Source of the DNA: Octopus bimaculoides
Lineage: Eukaryota
Length of the DNA: 43,075 bases
Direction: 5' to 3'
NCBI RefSeq assembly: GCF_001194135.2
Contig: NC_069005.1
Span: 21,725,451-21,768,525 of the forward strand
Shown here: positions 1-12,560 of the stretch, piece by piece
Layout of the letters: each line of letters starts with the position of its first letter
Position numbering within the stretch: the first letter of the stretch is position 1
Position numbers and translations under genes: made by a program
The notes under the pieces: model-generated
The model's input: the letters and a program-made list of their open reading frames with translations, nothing else
The model's database searches: none
What the model was told of the DNA's origin: nothing

Positions 1-1149
1 ATATATATATAAAGTAGCATATGCATTTAAGGGGTGTACATGCAGGTACAAAAATGCATGTACACACATGTATAAATGTGTGTGTATGTATGTGTGTGTT
101 TTAATATATGTAGAGAGATATGTTAAATCCAAATGAAATATAAAATGATTGACAGTAATTCCCGAGTTTTGAGGAAAATTCTATATACCTGGATAACATG
201 TGCTGGTTAGTGTGCCCCTTGTTTATTTTATCTGTGTATATAGATTATCATACAATACATTTGATTCCTTGTTTTTCCATATTGAAGTGTAATACTTTTC
301 ATCAAGTTTATGTAGTGACAGCTGTGTTCCACAATTGACAACATATCGACAAATATATATATAATGTATATATGTAGTTTGTCTTTAGTACATAAGTATG
401 TGTATATCTATAGGCAAATAGTAGGATCTTGCATGTATAAATAGTGGATTGGAGAACTTTCAATTAGTTGAGAATTTTCTGGCAATTAACAAACAAAATC
501 TTCCTGTAAGGGTATTTAATGCTTTTGATACTGATTTGCCTGAGACTGTCTCTCATTCTACATCATGAACTTCATGTTTTAAAGTGATCTAAATTAAAAC
601 TGTCCATCAAAATTTTATGCTAATTTTATGTTTCATACACAAGGTTAATAATAGCAAAATTATTTTACTAAATTTTTCATTATTTTAAGAATTAATGAAA
701 CAAAGGTAGTGTATTTTAACAGAAATACTGTAACAAACATGTTAAACGCTAATAAATAAATAAATAAATAAATAAATGCTTCAAACAAGGGAAATAATTC
801 CAATAGGATCAGATGATTGAAATTTTTGGAGGATATAGACAATGCAGATTGGAATAAATCTGGTTGTTAATACCAACTGATGGTGAAAGTAGCATAGTAT
901 TAGATATCTTTATAGTGAAGGAAATCAAATAATAGTTCCTGCTTTTCATGAATCACTTTCTTATGTAAAGATTCTATGTCATTTCCATTTCAGCAAATCT
1001 CATATTCTTAACATTGGTAAAATTGTACTAGAAAATTTGGATTTTCTTTAGGGCCAATAAATACTTGGACATTTGCCAACTGCCTACAAGGCCTAAACTA
1101 TTGAATTTTAATTGGGGTTGACATAGGATTCAACTCTTGCAAAATTGAA

Positions 1150-1390
1150 ACTTGAACCGCATGACAAAGCTGTTCATTTTGTGCTCTGTATACAAGATGT
1201 ATAATAGTCTTCTGAACCACTTGTGCTCAAATGTCTGGATTCTTCACTCCACGTTAGAGAATACAATTTCTACCTTTCTCCAACCAGTGATAGAAGTCTT
1301 GATAAAGGTGATGAGTGTAACCTTTTCTCCTCTGACCAAATATGGGCTCCAGATGCCTGAAATGGCCACTGTGGGCACTGACCTGTTTTT
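1150..1390 (-). mobile_element. Decayed RTE-like LINE fragment (post-RT region)
   Basis: The minus strand reads NVE*RIQTFEHKWFRRLLYILYTEHKMNSFV, resembling the RTE-clade motif ERRIQAFEMKCxRRLLRISYxEHKTNExV. It contains an in-frame stop. Confidence 0.55.
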
Positions 1391-2029
1391 AGTCATGTGA
1401 CCTAGTGTTTTAACACTGCTGTAAAGTTCTCCTTGTAGTCACATGATTTAGTGTTTTGTTATGAGAGATCACCTAATCTTGAGTTATATCTGGGTGAGAC
1501 AGTTGACTTACAGCTTACTGACTGAAAGGAAAGCAGTTTACATTCTGTTTTGAGGACAGACAGCATTATATCCCTTGCTAAAATTTTTGACTTTCAAAGG
1601 CTTATCATATGTTGTGAAAAAATTCCTTGGAGAATTATTTAATATGGCTGTAAGCTAGTGGGGGAGTGGGGCACTGTATTACAGATGAAATATTTCTTTA
1701 GCTTTCAGTGCCGGGTTCAAATCCTGTTATGGTCCTTGAAAAAAACAATGGGGATGTACATCAACATATTGTGACCTCTCTTGAATTACTACATGAACAC
1801 AAATTTCTTCATATAGTGACTCAATGTGGGCTCCAGCAGGCTACAAGATAACATGATGGTTTCACTTTTCTGATAAGTGTCTACGTTATACATCAGATAG
1901 TCATAGACTGGGTAAGGGAGAAACAAACTGCGTACATGAGAAGGGTTTTACCCTCAAAATTTTAGTCTCTACATCTCACGGTACACCAACAGGATTTATC
2001 TTCTGTTTATAAACTTAGATGTTGTTGTT

Positions 2030-2235
2030 GTTGTTTAATCCCAAGCCAGCTCTTTATTCAGCAGACCTATGATCAAAGGCATTCCAACCGTGGCCACTGT
2101 GTCTTATTTTCAGGTATAGTGTATCAAGGACTGTGCTATCAAAAGTATCTTTCCTTTCAGACAGTAACATGATTTGATGGAGATTTTGCTGTTATTACTT
2201 CTAGCATGATGAGAGGCCACATAGAAGCTCTTGAC
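2030..2235 (+). repeat. Interspersed repeat; an inverted copy lies at about 6120-6370
   Basis: gcagacctatgatcaaaggcattccaaccgtgg and ttctagcatgatgagaggccacatagaagctc have reverse-complement counterparts in 6120-6370. Confidence 0.55.
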
Positions 2236-2350
2236 ATCGCTTCTCATCTGATTACCTAAATTAGTTGATGTTAATCTTCGTTACTACTACTAATTATAGT
2301 TGTGCACACTGACCTGTTTACAGGAACTTATTATGTTAACTACTTTTAAT

Positions 2351-2729
2351 GTTCACCTGCTGAGATAGTTCACATCTGCCTTGTTGCATCTTATGATTTC
2401 AATGTAACCTTGGATTAAGTGGTTACAAAATGCTAGGCCTTGCTGAGGGACCACCTGTGGTTTGATCCAGGGCAGCTGTTCATTTCCATTGACAACCTGC
2501 CTCTATTTACATGCTAATTAATCCATAACTAGGCCCCCTGACAGCTGCAACTACTCTAGGTCAGAGTAGATTTGGGAGCAATAGTGGCTAAGAGTGAGGG
2601 ATTCTACACTCCTCAAAAGCCTGGGACCTTCAAACTAGGACCCCCCCACCCACTACAGGATGCAGTGGGCTACGTTGAAATAATAATAGGATGCAGCATG
2701 GCGGATGTGAACTATCTCAGCAGGTGAAC
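2351..2729. mobile_element. Fold-back/MITE-like element with about 60-bp terminal inverted repeats
   Basis: 2351-2409 (gttcacctgctgagatagttcacatctgcc...) is the imperfect reverse complement of 2668-2729 (...ggcggatgtgaactatctcagcaggtgaac). No clear TSD. Confidence 0.75.
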
Positions 2730-3594
2730 TTACTGAGTCAGTGATGACTATCATTAGATGCTGAGTAGATGAACAGTCAATAGCCAGGATTAACCAGTTC
2801 AGTTACTGAGCTACTGCTATCATCTGTAGTTGTTGCATGTGCAGATGAGTTATTTCAGCTATCAAAAGACCTACTAGTCTGGCAAGTTGCCTGACTGGAT
2901 GACAATGATGACTTTTAATGTACCCAATGCTCCATATAGAAGATTTTTAAAAAAGGCTCTTATATTAGTCCTCTTGCATTATATATATATATATATATAT
3001 ATATAAAATCATAAATGACAGAGAAATAATTTGATGAAATTTTATTTAACAATAAGAAAATTCTAATATCATGACAAATTGTTTTGTAACTTAAAAACAT
3101 GTAAATAATTTATATTATTATATTTAATAATAAATAAATTACTTGCATGCCTGCATTAATGCAAAATGCAAAAACTTCTTCAAAATAATGCAGAATTTAA
3201 GCTACGTTCTCAGGTGAAAGAAAGTCTTTATTAAACCCTAAATTCTCAATGTAGTGTTTTCCCTTGTATCATGCTATATATTCTGTTTTGTAAAATGATA
3301 CATTAAAAAGCTTTTTTTTTTTACGAGTACTACCAGTTTCCTTGAATCTATATAATGTGACTTTATATACGTATATATATATATACACATCCATATACTT
3401 TTATATATATTTATATATATTATAATTGTCATTGTCAGAAAGCTCCTTACAATTTCATACCCTCAATGATAATATTGTTCATTTTGGGTGGTGTCAACAG
3501 CAAGAAGCTGCTGGGAATAGTGAGCAAATGTCGGGGACAGTAAAGAAAACAAACATGACACAAATGTGAACACACAAACAATACATATATATAT

Positions 3595-3792
3595 ATGAAG
3601 GGGTGCTTCAAAGTTCCTGGCTTTGGGTAAAAGTAAGTACAGGAAGATTAGTTAATTATGATTTCATCCAACATATTCCCCTTCCAGATTATTGCAGCAG
3701 CCCTTCAGTTTTTCTAAGCCCTGTAAAAGAACTTGGAAGGTTGGGTCTCCAAGCATACCCTTAAAGTCAGGAACTTTTCACTGCCTCCTCAT
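3595..3792. mobile_element. Mariner-type MITE (about 200 bp)
   Basis: TIRs atgaaggggtgcttcaaagttcctggcttt and aaagtcaggaacttttcactgcctcctcat resemble mariner TACGAGGG...AAAAGTT termini; the element sits in TA-rich flanks. Confidence 0.7.
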
Positions 3793-3898
3793 TTATAATT
3801 ATATATATATATATATATATATATAACCTCAATTAAGATAAGAGTGTTGGGTTTACCATTGGTAAAATCTTCATTGTCTCATAGTATATCTATGACAG

Positions 3899-4232
3899 NN
3901 NNNNNNNNNNNNNNNNNNNNNNNNNNNNNNNNNNNNNNNNNNNNNNNNNNNNNNNNNNNNNNNNNNNNNNNNNNNNNNNNNNNNNNNNNNNNNNNNNNNN
4001 NNNNNNNNNNNNNNNNNNNNNNNNNNNNNNNNNNNNNNNNNNNNNNNNNNNNNNNNNNNNNNNNNNNNNNNNNNNNNNNNNNNNNNNNNNNNNNNNNNNN
4101 NNNNNNNNNNNNNNNNNNNNNNNNNNNNNNNNNNNNNNNNNNNNNNNNNNNNNNNNNNNNNNNNNNNNNNNNNNNNNNNNNNNNNNNNNNNNNNNNNNNN
4201 NNNNNNNNNNNNNNNNNNNNNNNNNNNNNNNN
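3899..4232. other. Assembly gap (N run)
   Basis: Run of N. Other large gaps are 17052-17344, 24223-24910 and 28573-29085; 10-N gaps are at 5039, 8487 and 37969. Most abut (AT)n or (GT)n tracts. Confidence 1.
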
Positions 4233-4438
4233 TATATAAATAAGGATTTACTTTTCATAATGAGATAAAAAAAAAACCAAGGCTGTGTATAATATAGAAC
4301 ATTTATAAATAAGTCTTACAGCTGTTTCCAGGATATTTATTATATTCCTTCATCGGAGACGGTGTGAGACGATGGTTAAGCAATAGTTTAGATAAGATAG
4401 GAAATAGAGAGTGAATGTAGGGATATTGTATTTGTATG

Positions 4439-4477
<39 letters not shown>

Positions 4478-5205
4478 CTAATCACCAGAATGAAGCTTCA
4501 GTGAAATGACTCCATCCTGAATCAGCTCTGCATTGCTGGCTCAGCTTGCTTGTAGATTTATTCTATCATTATTTTCTTGTTGTAAGTATGTTCATACCAA
4601 GAGGAAGACAGTCAAGTAAATTGCTCTTTGCTAATACAATCATCCTTGGCTGACATTTGAGAAAAGGGAAAGGAAGAAGTATTATCTGTTCTTCTTTATT
4701 CTCTTTCTCTCAAAGAATGGAATAAGAAGAATTTGCTTCTGTCTTTTGTCTTCATTCACTGATATCTCTCCATGGATGTATTGATTCCTTTCAGTACTGA
4801 TGGTAATGATAGATCAGCCCACATGAATCTAATCTTGTGTGTGTGTGTGTGTGTGTGGTTGTGTGTGTGTGTGTGTGTGTGTGTGGTTGTGTGTGTGTGT
4901 GTGTTGATGACTTGCTAATTGCTTCAGTGAGTTTTTATTTGTATTTAAACTTGGGTATAGAGTCACCTACAAAGTTGTGTGAATGTATGTGCCTGGCTGT
5001 ACGTACTCTTTTGTGTATGTGCTTGTGTGCATATTTGTNNNNNNNNNNCATACGTATATATACATATATATGTGTATATAAGTACTTCTGTACATGTATA
5101 TTTATTTTAGTTTTAGCATGTAAAATTATCTCGTGTATTGTTTCTATATACTATTTATAAACATTCTTCTTTGTATGAGTATGTGTGTGTATGAGTGTGT
5201 ATATA

Positions 5206-5236
<31 letters not shown>

Positions 5237-5721
5237 GTGTGTGAGTGCGAGAGGGAGAATATTATATATATATGGGCATATATCTTGTCTGTTATCTTAC
5301 TCTGGCGCTTCAGATGGTGTCTTTTGTTGATTCCATTTCCTGCAGGTAGCTGAATGCATGTGCACACATCACCTACATACAAACATACACATGCATACAT
5401 GCATGTGTGCATGCTTGTATCTATTTATGTGTGTGTGTGATTGTGTGTATTTCTGCATGTGAGTCAGTATTTAAACATAGTTGTCTTTCTCTCGAATGCT
5501 AGATCACACTTGTTAACACTTTAGGCAATGTATTGATTAAGTTTATCCTTGATGATGAGTATCTGTGTGTCTGTCACTTTCTTTTTTAAATCTTGTATGA
5601 AGAAAACTTGGAACGTAGAAGCCTAGTCAAATATGCACTTATCTACCTCATAAATATGGGTATATACTTGTTTGATGAAACATGTCATGGATATATCTGT
5701 TGTCTATGTATGTATGTAGAA

Positions 5722-6008
5722 CATCAGGCTCACAGTCATGAGGTAGTGAGTTCAATTCCTGGACCAGACTGTGTTGTGTTCTTAAGCAAGACACTTTATT
5801 CCATGTTGCTCCAGTTCACTCAGCTGCAGAGATGAGTTGCGATGTCACTGGTGCCAGGCTGCATCGGTCTTTGCCTTTCCCTTGGATAACATCGGTGGCG
5901 TGGAGAGGGGAAACTTGTCTTCCATAAACTACCTTGGCTGGACTTGTGCCTTGCAGGGTAACTTTCTTGGTACAATCCCAAGATCATTCATGACCGAAAG
6001 GGTTTTTA
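5722..6008 (+). mobile_element. tRNA-derived SINE (core gcaagacacttt...ttgctccag); inverted copy at 11290-11635
   Basis: B-box gagttcaattcc, the conserved core and the tail gggtaactttctt...cattcatgaccgaaaggg. The reverse complement is present at 11290-11635. Confidence 0.8.
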
Positions 6009-6930
6009 CTCTGTGTAATTGTGTGCGTATGAATTTGTATGTATGTATTTTGTGTCTGTTTTAATATCATTGGAAAATAATATAACCCTTTCACAATGTC
6101 ATTTCTATTTCCTTATAAATGAAACTTGAGCCAATGAAAGAGCCTCTAGATGGTGGTTGCTTAATCTGCTAGAAATAGTAGTCAAATATCCATCAACTCA
6201 CCGTTTTATCTTACAAGCGTCAAAAAAAAAAAAAAATGAATGTCTCATTGGATAATGTAGTTCTAGGTATAGTCTGAGATAAAACTGAACATATAATCAT
6301 GGCTGGAATGCCTTTTTGATCATCGATCTGCTCGCCCAGGTCTGACTTGTATTGGGTTGGTGCGTAATTATTGTGGCTTTTTTTCAACAAAAACAATAAC
6401 AATATTTAAGAAAAACATCTTTAAATGATGGTCTGACCGTCTGCCAAGTAAATGGGAAGCAGTTATTGAAGTAGATGGTGAATATACTCCGGAATAATCA
6501 TTTAAAGATGTTTTTGTTACATGTTGTTATCGTTTTTGTTGAAAAAAAAGCCACAATAATTATGCACCAACTGAATACCTATACAACCCTCCTCCTCCTC
6601 CTCCTACTACTACTACTACTACTAACACCACGACTACCACCATCATTGGTTGATTCATTTGAGTAAAATTCATCAAGGTGATGCCCCAGCATGCCTGGTA
6701 TCTAATGACTGAAACGAGTAAAAGATAAAAGATAATTGATTAAAAAGCTGCACTTGGTGAATAATATTGACCAAAGTTTTGTGTTTTATTGTATTGCTTT
6801 TACATTTTGGCTAGATTCAATAAAATATATACCAGTAATATTCTGTGTCATTTCCATTTATAAAAAGGCTTTATGGATATTTGAAGGTTACCATCATTAT
6901 TTGGGTGAATCATTGAAATATAAAAGAAAA

Positions 6931-7324
6931 TGTGGCTGTGTGGTAAGAAGCTTGTTTTCCAACCACATGGTTCCAGGTTCAGTACCACTGCATGGCACCT
7001 TAGGCAAATGCCTTCTATTGTAGCCTTGGGCTAACCAAAGCCTTGTGAGTGGATTTAGTAGATGGAAACTGAAAGAAGCTCACCATATATATACATGTGT
7101 GTGTCTTTGTGTCTATGTTTGTTCTCCCCCATCACTGCTTGACAACCAGTGTTGGTGTGTTTACATCTCCGTGATGTAGTGGTTTGGCAAAAGAGATCAA
7201 TGGAGTAAGTACCAGGCTTAAAAAATAAGTACTGGTGTAGATTCATTCAGCTAAAAGTTCAAGGTAGTGCCCTAGCATGGCCACAGTCTAATTAATTGAC
7301 TGAAACAAGTAAAAGGTAAAAGAT
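6931..7324 (+). mobile_element. SINE family A (ggctgtgtggtaag... head, aagtaaaag tail)
   Basis: Clear homology to 8427-8733 and 14133-14481, with a tRNA-like head (ggttcagtacc B-box) and an internal microsatellite. Confidence 0.85.
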
Positions 7325-7577
7325 ATCTCTTTACATCTGGAGTTCAAATCCTACCTTGGTCAATTTTGTCTTCCTGTTTTACGTTCAAACCTGGCCAGAT
7401 TTAGCCTCTCACACCTACCCTACAATGTTAGTCTAAAAAATATGCAGTCACATAATCAAAATCTCAAAGCTATGAGATTATGCATGATTAATTCAAAACA
7501 ATGTGAATAAATAAGCATTACATTTGACAAAATAATGTGAAAGCTAAAGGGTTCAACATATGTAAGAAATTGTATAA

Positions 7578-7796
7578 CCCTTTAGCATTAAAACTGGCCA
7601 TATCTGGCCTAAATATTCTATTTTTTTATGCTCAAACTGACCAGATCCAGCTTCTCACACCTCTGCTACAGTGTAATTTTAAAGATATACAATCACATCA
7701 TTGAAATCTCAATGTTACAAGATAATTCATAATTAATTCAAAACAGTGTGAAAAAAGAAGGAATACATTTGATACAGAAATCTGAATGCTAAAGGG
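7578..7796 (+). mobile_element. piggyBac-type MITE (about 220 bp), family P
   Basis: TIRs ccctttagcatt / aatgctaaaggg with ATAA and TTAA flanks. Further copies at about 7380-7552 (partial), 16727-16946 (-), 33596-33810, 36799-37430 (interrupted) and about 42528-42566 (3' stub). Confidence 0.8.
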
Positions 7797-7869
7797 TTAA
7801 ATCGTAATGAATTAATAGAATTGTCATATCTTCAGAAAAATTACCTTATGGTAATTGTTCTGATTCTTT

Positions 7870-8150
7870 GTGGTCTGAGTTCAATTTCCTGCCAAGTGAG
7901 ATCGACTTTGCCTTCCATTCTTTTGGGATTGATAAGGTGGTGAACTTAGCAGAATCTTTAAAAACATGTTGGACAAATTGTTTAGTGGCATTTCTTCCAG
8001 CTCACTACATTCTGAGTTCAAACTCTGCTGGGGTAAATTTTGATTTTTTTATCCTTTTGGAGTTGATAAAATAAGTTTCAGTTGAGTATTGGGGTCAATG
8101 TAATCAGCTTACCCCTTGCCCTCAGAATTGCTGGCCATATTTCAAAATTA
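7870..8150 (+). mobile_element. SINE family B (gagttcaaattc...gaggtcgactttgcctttcatcc), two partial copies
   Basis: Shares ttctgagttcaaa, ctttgccttccattcttttggg and gctggcc...caaaatt with copies at 21615-21830, 32365-32823, 34742-34946 and 40080-40677. Confidence 0.7.
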
Positions 8151-8426
8151 GAAAGAATTCTTTCTGAGTTAATAAAATAAAGTATAGGGATTGATTTAAT
8201 TGATCAACATCACCGAAATTTATGGCCTTGTACCTACATAAATATTTTAGATTTTTTTCTTTTTCAGTGTATGTATTGAAAAAAAAAAAAAAGAAGAAAT
8301 AGAAAACCATTTAATTCCAAAACAAGCATTCATCTATAATGTTCCCTTCCTCTGTTTATTTATTTTTTTCAAGAATCATTTTGGTATGGCGGGGTGGTGC
8401 TTCCAGAAAAAAAAAAATGTCCATAT

Positions 8427-8733
8427 AGGCGTAGGAATGGCTGTGTGGTAAGTAGCTTGCTTACCAACCACATGGTTCCAGGTTCANNNNNNNNNNGTGT
8501 GTGTGTGTGTGCGTGTGTTTGTGTGTCTGTGTTTGTCCCCCTAGCATTGCTTGACAACTGATGCTGGTGTGTTTACGTCCCCGTCACTTAGCGGTTCGGC
8601 AAAAGAGACCGATAGAATAAGTACTAGGCTTACAAAGAATAAGTCCCGGGGTTGATTTGCTCGACTAAAGGCGGTGCTCCAGCATGGTCGCAATCAAATG
8701 ACTGAAACAAATAAAAGAGTAAAAGAGTAGAGA
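8427..8733 (+). mobile_element. SINE family A copy with an internal gap
   Basis: ggcgtaggaatggctgtgtggtaagtagcttgc...gactgaaacaaataaaagagtaaaagag; CpGs are retained. Confidence 0.9.
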
Positions 8734-9928
8734 GTATCAACCGACGCCATTGGTTGCTATGAATGTCAATTTATGTATCAGTATTGCTGCACTCCCATGC
8801 AAGAGCTTGTTTTCTTGTTGAAGGGCATTCTGCATCTATGTATAAACCACATTTGCTCTGCTTAACATCCAATCATCTATCTCGGTTTCTTTGTTATCAG
8901 CTCCATGTTAAATATTTGTCAAGCTTTACTTAATCTTCTTTCTCCACCTGACTATTTGATTCCTTCTTTTTCACTGGTTTTCTTATTTTCTTCAATTATT
9001 ATTATTTTATTTCATTATGCAATTATTTATTTGTTTCTTTGCTGATTATCATTTTTTCTTTTCTATCTCTTCCTTGTTTTTCTATTTCTCTAATTTTTCT
9101 TTTAATAAATTTCTCTATATTATATTTTACACATTTCTATGTTTTTTTTTTTTAAATATATATTTATTAGATTATTACAATCTTTGCCATAGTGTATATA
9201 AGTGATGAAATATATATCAGAAAAGTGTGTGTTTGGATGGGGTACTAAAGGAGTGCAAAATGATTCTTTTGCATTAATTTAATATTCCAATATCAATTTT
9301 CTGTTCAATTAAAAGATTATTTAAAAAAAAAAAAATGGAAGAGGTCATAATTTAAAAAATTTTTGAAATATCAGCAGAAATTTTATAAAAAAAAACATTG
9401 TATGTCAATAGTTATTTTGCCAATTAGTAGTTGCATGTTTCATTAGTTATTTTGTTATCAAAATATTACTTCTGTAATTAGACTAACTGTTATAATTAAA
9501 CATAGTCTTATTCTGGAGACAGGATCAAAATATAACTTGGTATAATGACTGTGTGTGACCATAGAGCAAATTATCGCTTCAGACCAGTTTTAATTTCACT
9601 TTTTACATGTCTGTGAAGACACTAGTGTATTCAGTGTGTTTGTGAAGTTTGCTTCATCATTGACTGTAGGACAAATATCTTTAATCATGGACCTTGGGTT
9701 GATCCAAGCCTTCTGGGGTGAAATTAGGTAGATGGAAGCTGTGAATGTCCCTTCGATGGAGAATAGATTGTAACTATAACACAGTGTGTCATGATGATTC
9801 TGCCTGAGAAATGCTTTAAAATGTCTTTGGGATACTCGGCTATTTGGATTTAATTCCTGGGATTGAGTAGTTGAGTTGATTGAACAATTACAATATTCCT
9901 TGTTTTAAAGTAATGGAGCATTCCATTT

Positions 9929-9976
<48 letters not shown>

Positions 9977-10274
9977 ATGCATTTGGCAACCAGGGATTAG
10001 CAGAGTGGTCAATATTGACTGAGCCCTGGGTAGATGGGTCTATGTGACTCTCCAAAGGATTGATAAACATCTGAAACAATTTTGAATATTAAGGGGGCTG
10101 AATTAACATAAATATAATATGACTGAATTTTAATTTTTTTTTTAGTAATTTCGATTTTTTCATTAATAAGAAGCAGTAATGACACCTCTCCTCAAAAACA
10201 ATAAAAGAGATCAAAGAAATTCTTAAAAAATTACTATTTGTAAATCTCACAATGAGAAATATTCAGCAACAGTA

Positions 10275-10563
10275 CTTTGAAGTAAAGATTGTTTGCCAAC
10301 ATAACATGGCAGTCCTGGTTTAGGACGAATGTTGCTGTAATTTAGCAACAGGTTATTTTCCTTCATCAGCACAGAATAATCGCGATACACAGATATTGTT
10401 TTGAGCTGAGTAGGGGTGCTAGATTCCCTTGTTTGAAAATATTAGGACACAGATCGTGCCATATAGCCAGCTGGAGACGATGTCTCCTGGGGCTAAATTA
10501 CAGCAACATTCGTCCTAAACCAGGACTGCCATGTTATGTTGGCAAACAATCTTTACTTTAAAG
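10275..10563. mobile_element. MITE with 72-bp near-perfect TIRs (289 bp)
   Basis: 10275-10346 matches the reverse complement of 10492-10563 at 71 of 72 positions. A solo copy of the arm occurs at 38774-38826. Confidence 0.9.
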
Positions 10564-10954
10564 AAATTCTTGTTTTTTTATTAATTAAACTTTTCAATTT
10601 AATTTTAGAAATTTACACGGGAGTGGGGGAGTGATAAGAGAGGGTGGGATTTCAGTGATATAAGAAGTTTGAAAACCCCTGGTATAAACTGTCCAATTTT
10701 GCTATGAAACCTGTTTGAAAAATCATTTGATCTTCTCTCCTATAATTTGAAATAGATTTATACAAGCCATTCATTATTTTTGAAGTTGAAAGAATTGCAT
10801 TGTTTACAATAATGTTCATATGTAAAAAGATTCACTGCAGCCATTAGCAGACACATAACTCTGCTTTCTGCAGTCTGCCTTGCTGACAATGGGTAGTTCA
10901 CAACTGCATGATTAGAAGTAATAAGTGAACCTGCCACTGCAGAATTGATACCAG

Positions 10955-11203
10955 TGTGGGTACCACATAAAAAAAAGAAGAACTCTGATACTGGTTCCAA
11001 TTAAAAAGCACTGATGCTGGTGCCGCATAAAAAGCACCCTGTACAATCTGTGGAGTGGTTGGTGTTAGAAAGGGTATCCAGCCAAACCATGCCAAAACAG
11101 ACAATGGAGTCTAGTCCGCCCTCCGCCCCGGCTAGCCTTACTGGCTCTGGTCAGGCCTCCAGCCCATGCCAGCATGCAAAACAGACGTTAAATGATGATG
11201 ATA
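10955..11203 (-). mobile_element. Repeat family C (catcatcgtttaacgtccgctttccatgc...), minus copy
   Basis: Reverse complement of the 18894-19187 family (gcatgc...gacgttaaatgatgatg end). Confidence 0.75.
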
Positions 11204-11289
11204 ATGATATTACTGTTACTATTTTTCAATGATACACAGGATTTTCAAAGATGAATGATCAGTCTCATCATAATATGATCACTTATAGG

Positions 11290-11635
11290 TAAACAGTAAA
11301 GGGTATAGATCCCCTTTGCTCATGAATGACTATGGGATTGCACCTAGAAAGTTACCCTCCAAGGCACAAGTCTAAACAAGGCTGTTTGTTTGTAGAAGAC
11401 CAGCAGTCGCCCATGCGTACCAGCTTCCCCTCTCCATGCCACTGATTTTATCCAAGGGAAAGGCAAATATCAATACAGCTTGGCACCCGTGACACCACAA
11501 CTCATTTCTGCAGCTGAGTGAACTGGAGTAATGTGAAATAAAGTGTCTTGCTCAAGAACACAACACACAGCCTGGTCTGGGAATTGAACTCACAATCTCA
11601 TGATTATGAGTCTGATGCTCTAATCACTGAACCAT
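11290..11635 (-). mobile_element. tRNA-derived SINE, same family as 5722-6008
   Basis: The minus strand gives ggttcagtgattagagcatcagactcataatcatgagattgtgagttcaattcccag... followed by the same core and tail. Confidence 0.8.
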
Positions 11636-11825
11636 TTGTTAAACAGTAATGCATATTTTTGGACAGCCGTGTGTCATATCACCTTTGAAGCATTGGGTGT
11701 TATCAGCTTCAGAACTAATAACAAAGAAGATAGAAAAGTAGCAGATTAAAAATATATTGTAAAATGGTTGTAAATTTAATATTTTAAAGAAGAGCTAGTT
11801 ACACATGCATGTGCGCGCGCGCATG

Positions 11826-11857
<32 letters not shown>

Positions 11858-12149
11858 CACACACACTTCTGCTTTTGGTCGGTTGAAATGGCTGATATTG
11901 CTCTCTCTGTAATGTTAGGCTTTTTGTCTGATGCTCCAGTGATACTGCTTGCTCCCCACCTTAATAATGATAATAATGATGGCATTAGGAAGGGCATTCT
12001 GTTGTAGAAATCCTGCCAAAGCAGACATTTAGGTATGATGCAGTCCTCAGACCTGTCAAATCCTGTAAAACCCTCCAGCCCATGCCGGCGTGGAAGATGT
12101 ATGTTAAAAAAGAAATGATGGTGTTAATAATGATTTCTGATGCAGGAGG

Positions 12150-12560
12150 GGTTTAATCAATACCGTCAACTTCCAGTATATGGCTGGTACTGTATTTCAT
12201 CAACCTTGATGGGATGAAAAGCAAAGTTATCCTCAGCAGAATTTGAATTAAGATATAAAGGGCTGGAACAAATACCACAAGGTATTTATCTGACACCATA
12301 ACCATATCAATTCAATAATAATAATAATAATAATAATAATCTTTTCTACTACAGGCACAAGGCTTGCAATTATTATTATTTTTTTTGTGGTAGTGGTGGG
12401 GGACTAGCCGATTACATCGACCCCAGTGTTTCACTGGTACTTAATTTATCAACCCTGAAAGGATGAAAGGCAAAGTCAACCTCCAAAACGTAAAAGACAG
12501 ATGAAACGCCACTAAGTATTTTTCCCAATGTCCTAATGATTCTGCCAGCTAACCACCTTT
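12150..12560 (-). mobile_element. Two minus-strand SINE family B copies separated by (AAT)n
   Basis: ggatgaaaggcaaagtcaacctc and gatgaaaagcaaagttatcctcagcagaatttgaa are reverse complements of the family B core. Confidence 0.7.

Noticed and set aside
1152-1400. 82-aa plus-strand ORF
   Set aside because: It is better explained as the antisense of an RTE-like LINE relic.
3844-4258. Long ORFs spanning N runs (also 24151-24991 and 28248-29197)
   Set aside because: They are artefacts of translating assembly gaps.
5314-5346. Possible small exon cttcag|atggtg...ctgcag|gtagct
   Set aside because: Weak donor, no kinesin similarity, and it is embedded in microsatellites.
4837-5412. ORFs rich in CV/YI/HT dipeptides (many more across the window)
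   Set aside because: They are translations of (GT)n and (AT)n microsatellites.
10660-10690. hAT-like right end (gtttgaaaacccctg)
   Set aside because: No matching left TIR or TSD could be found, so no element can be delimited.
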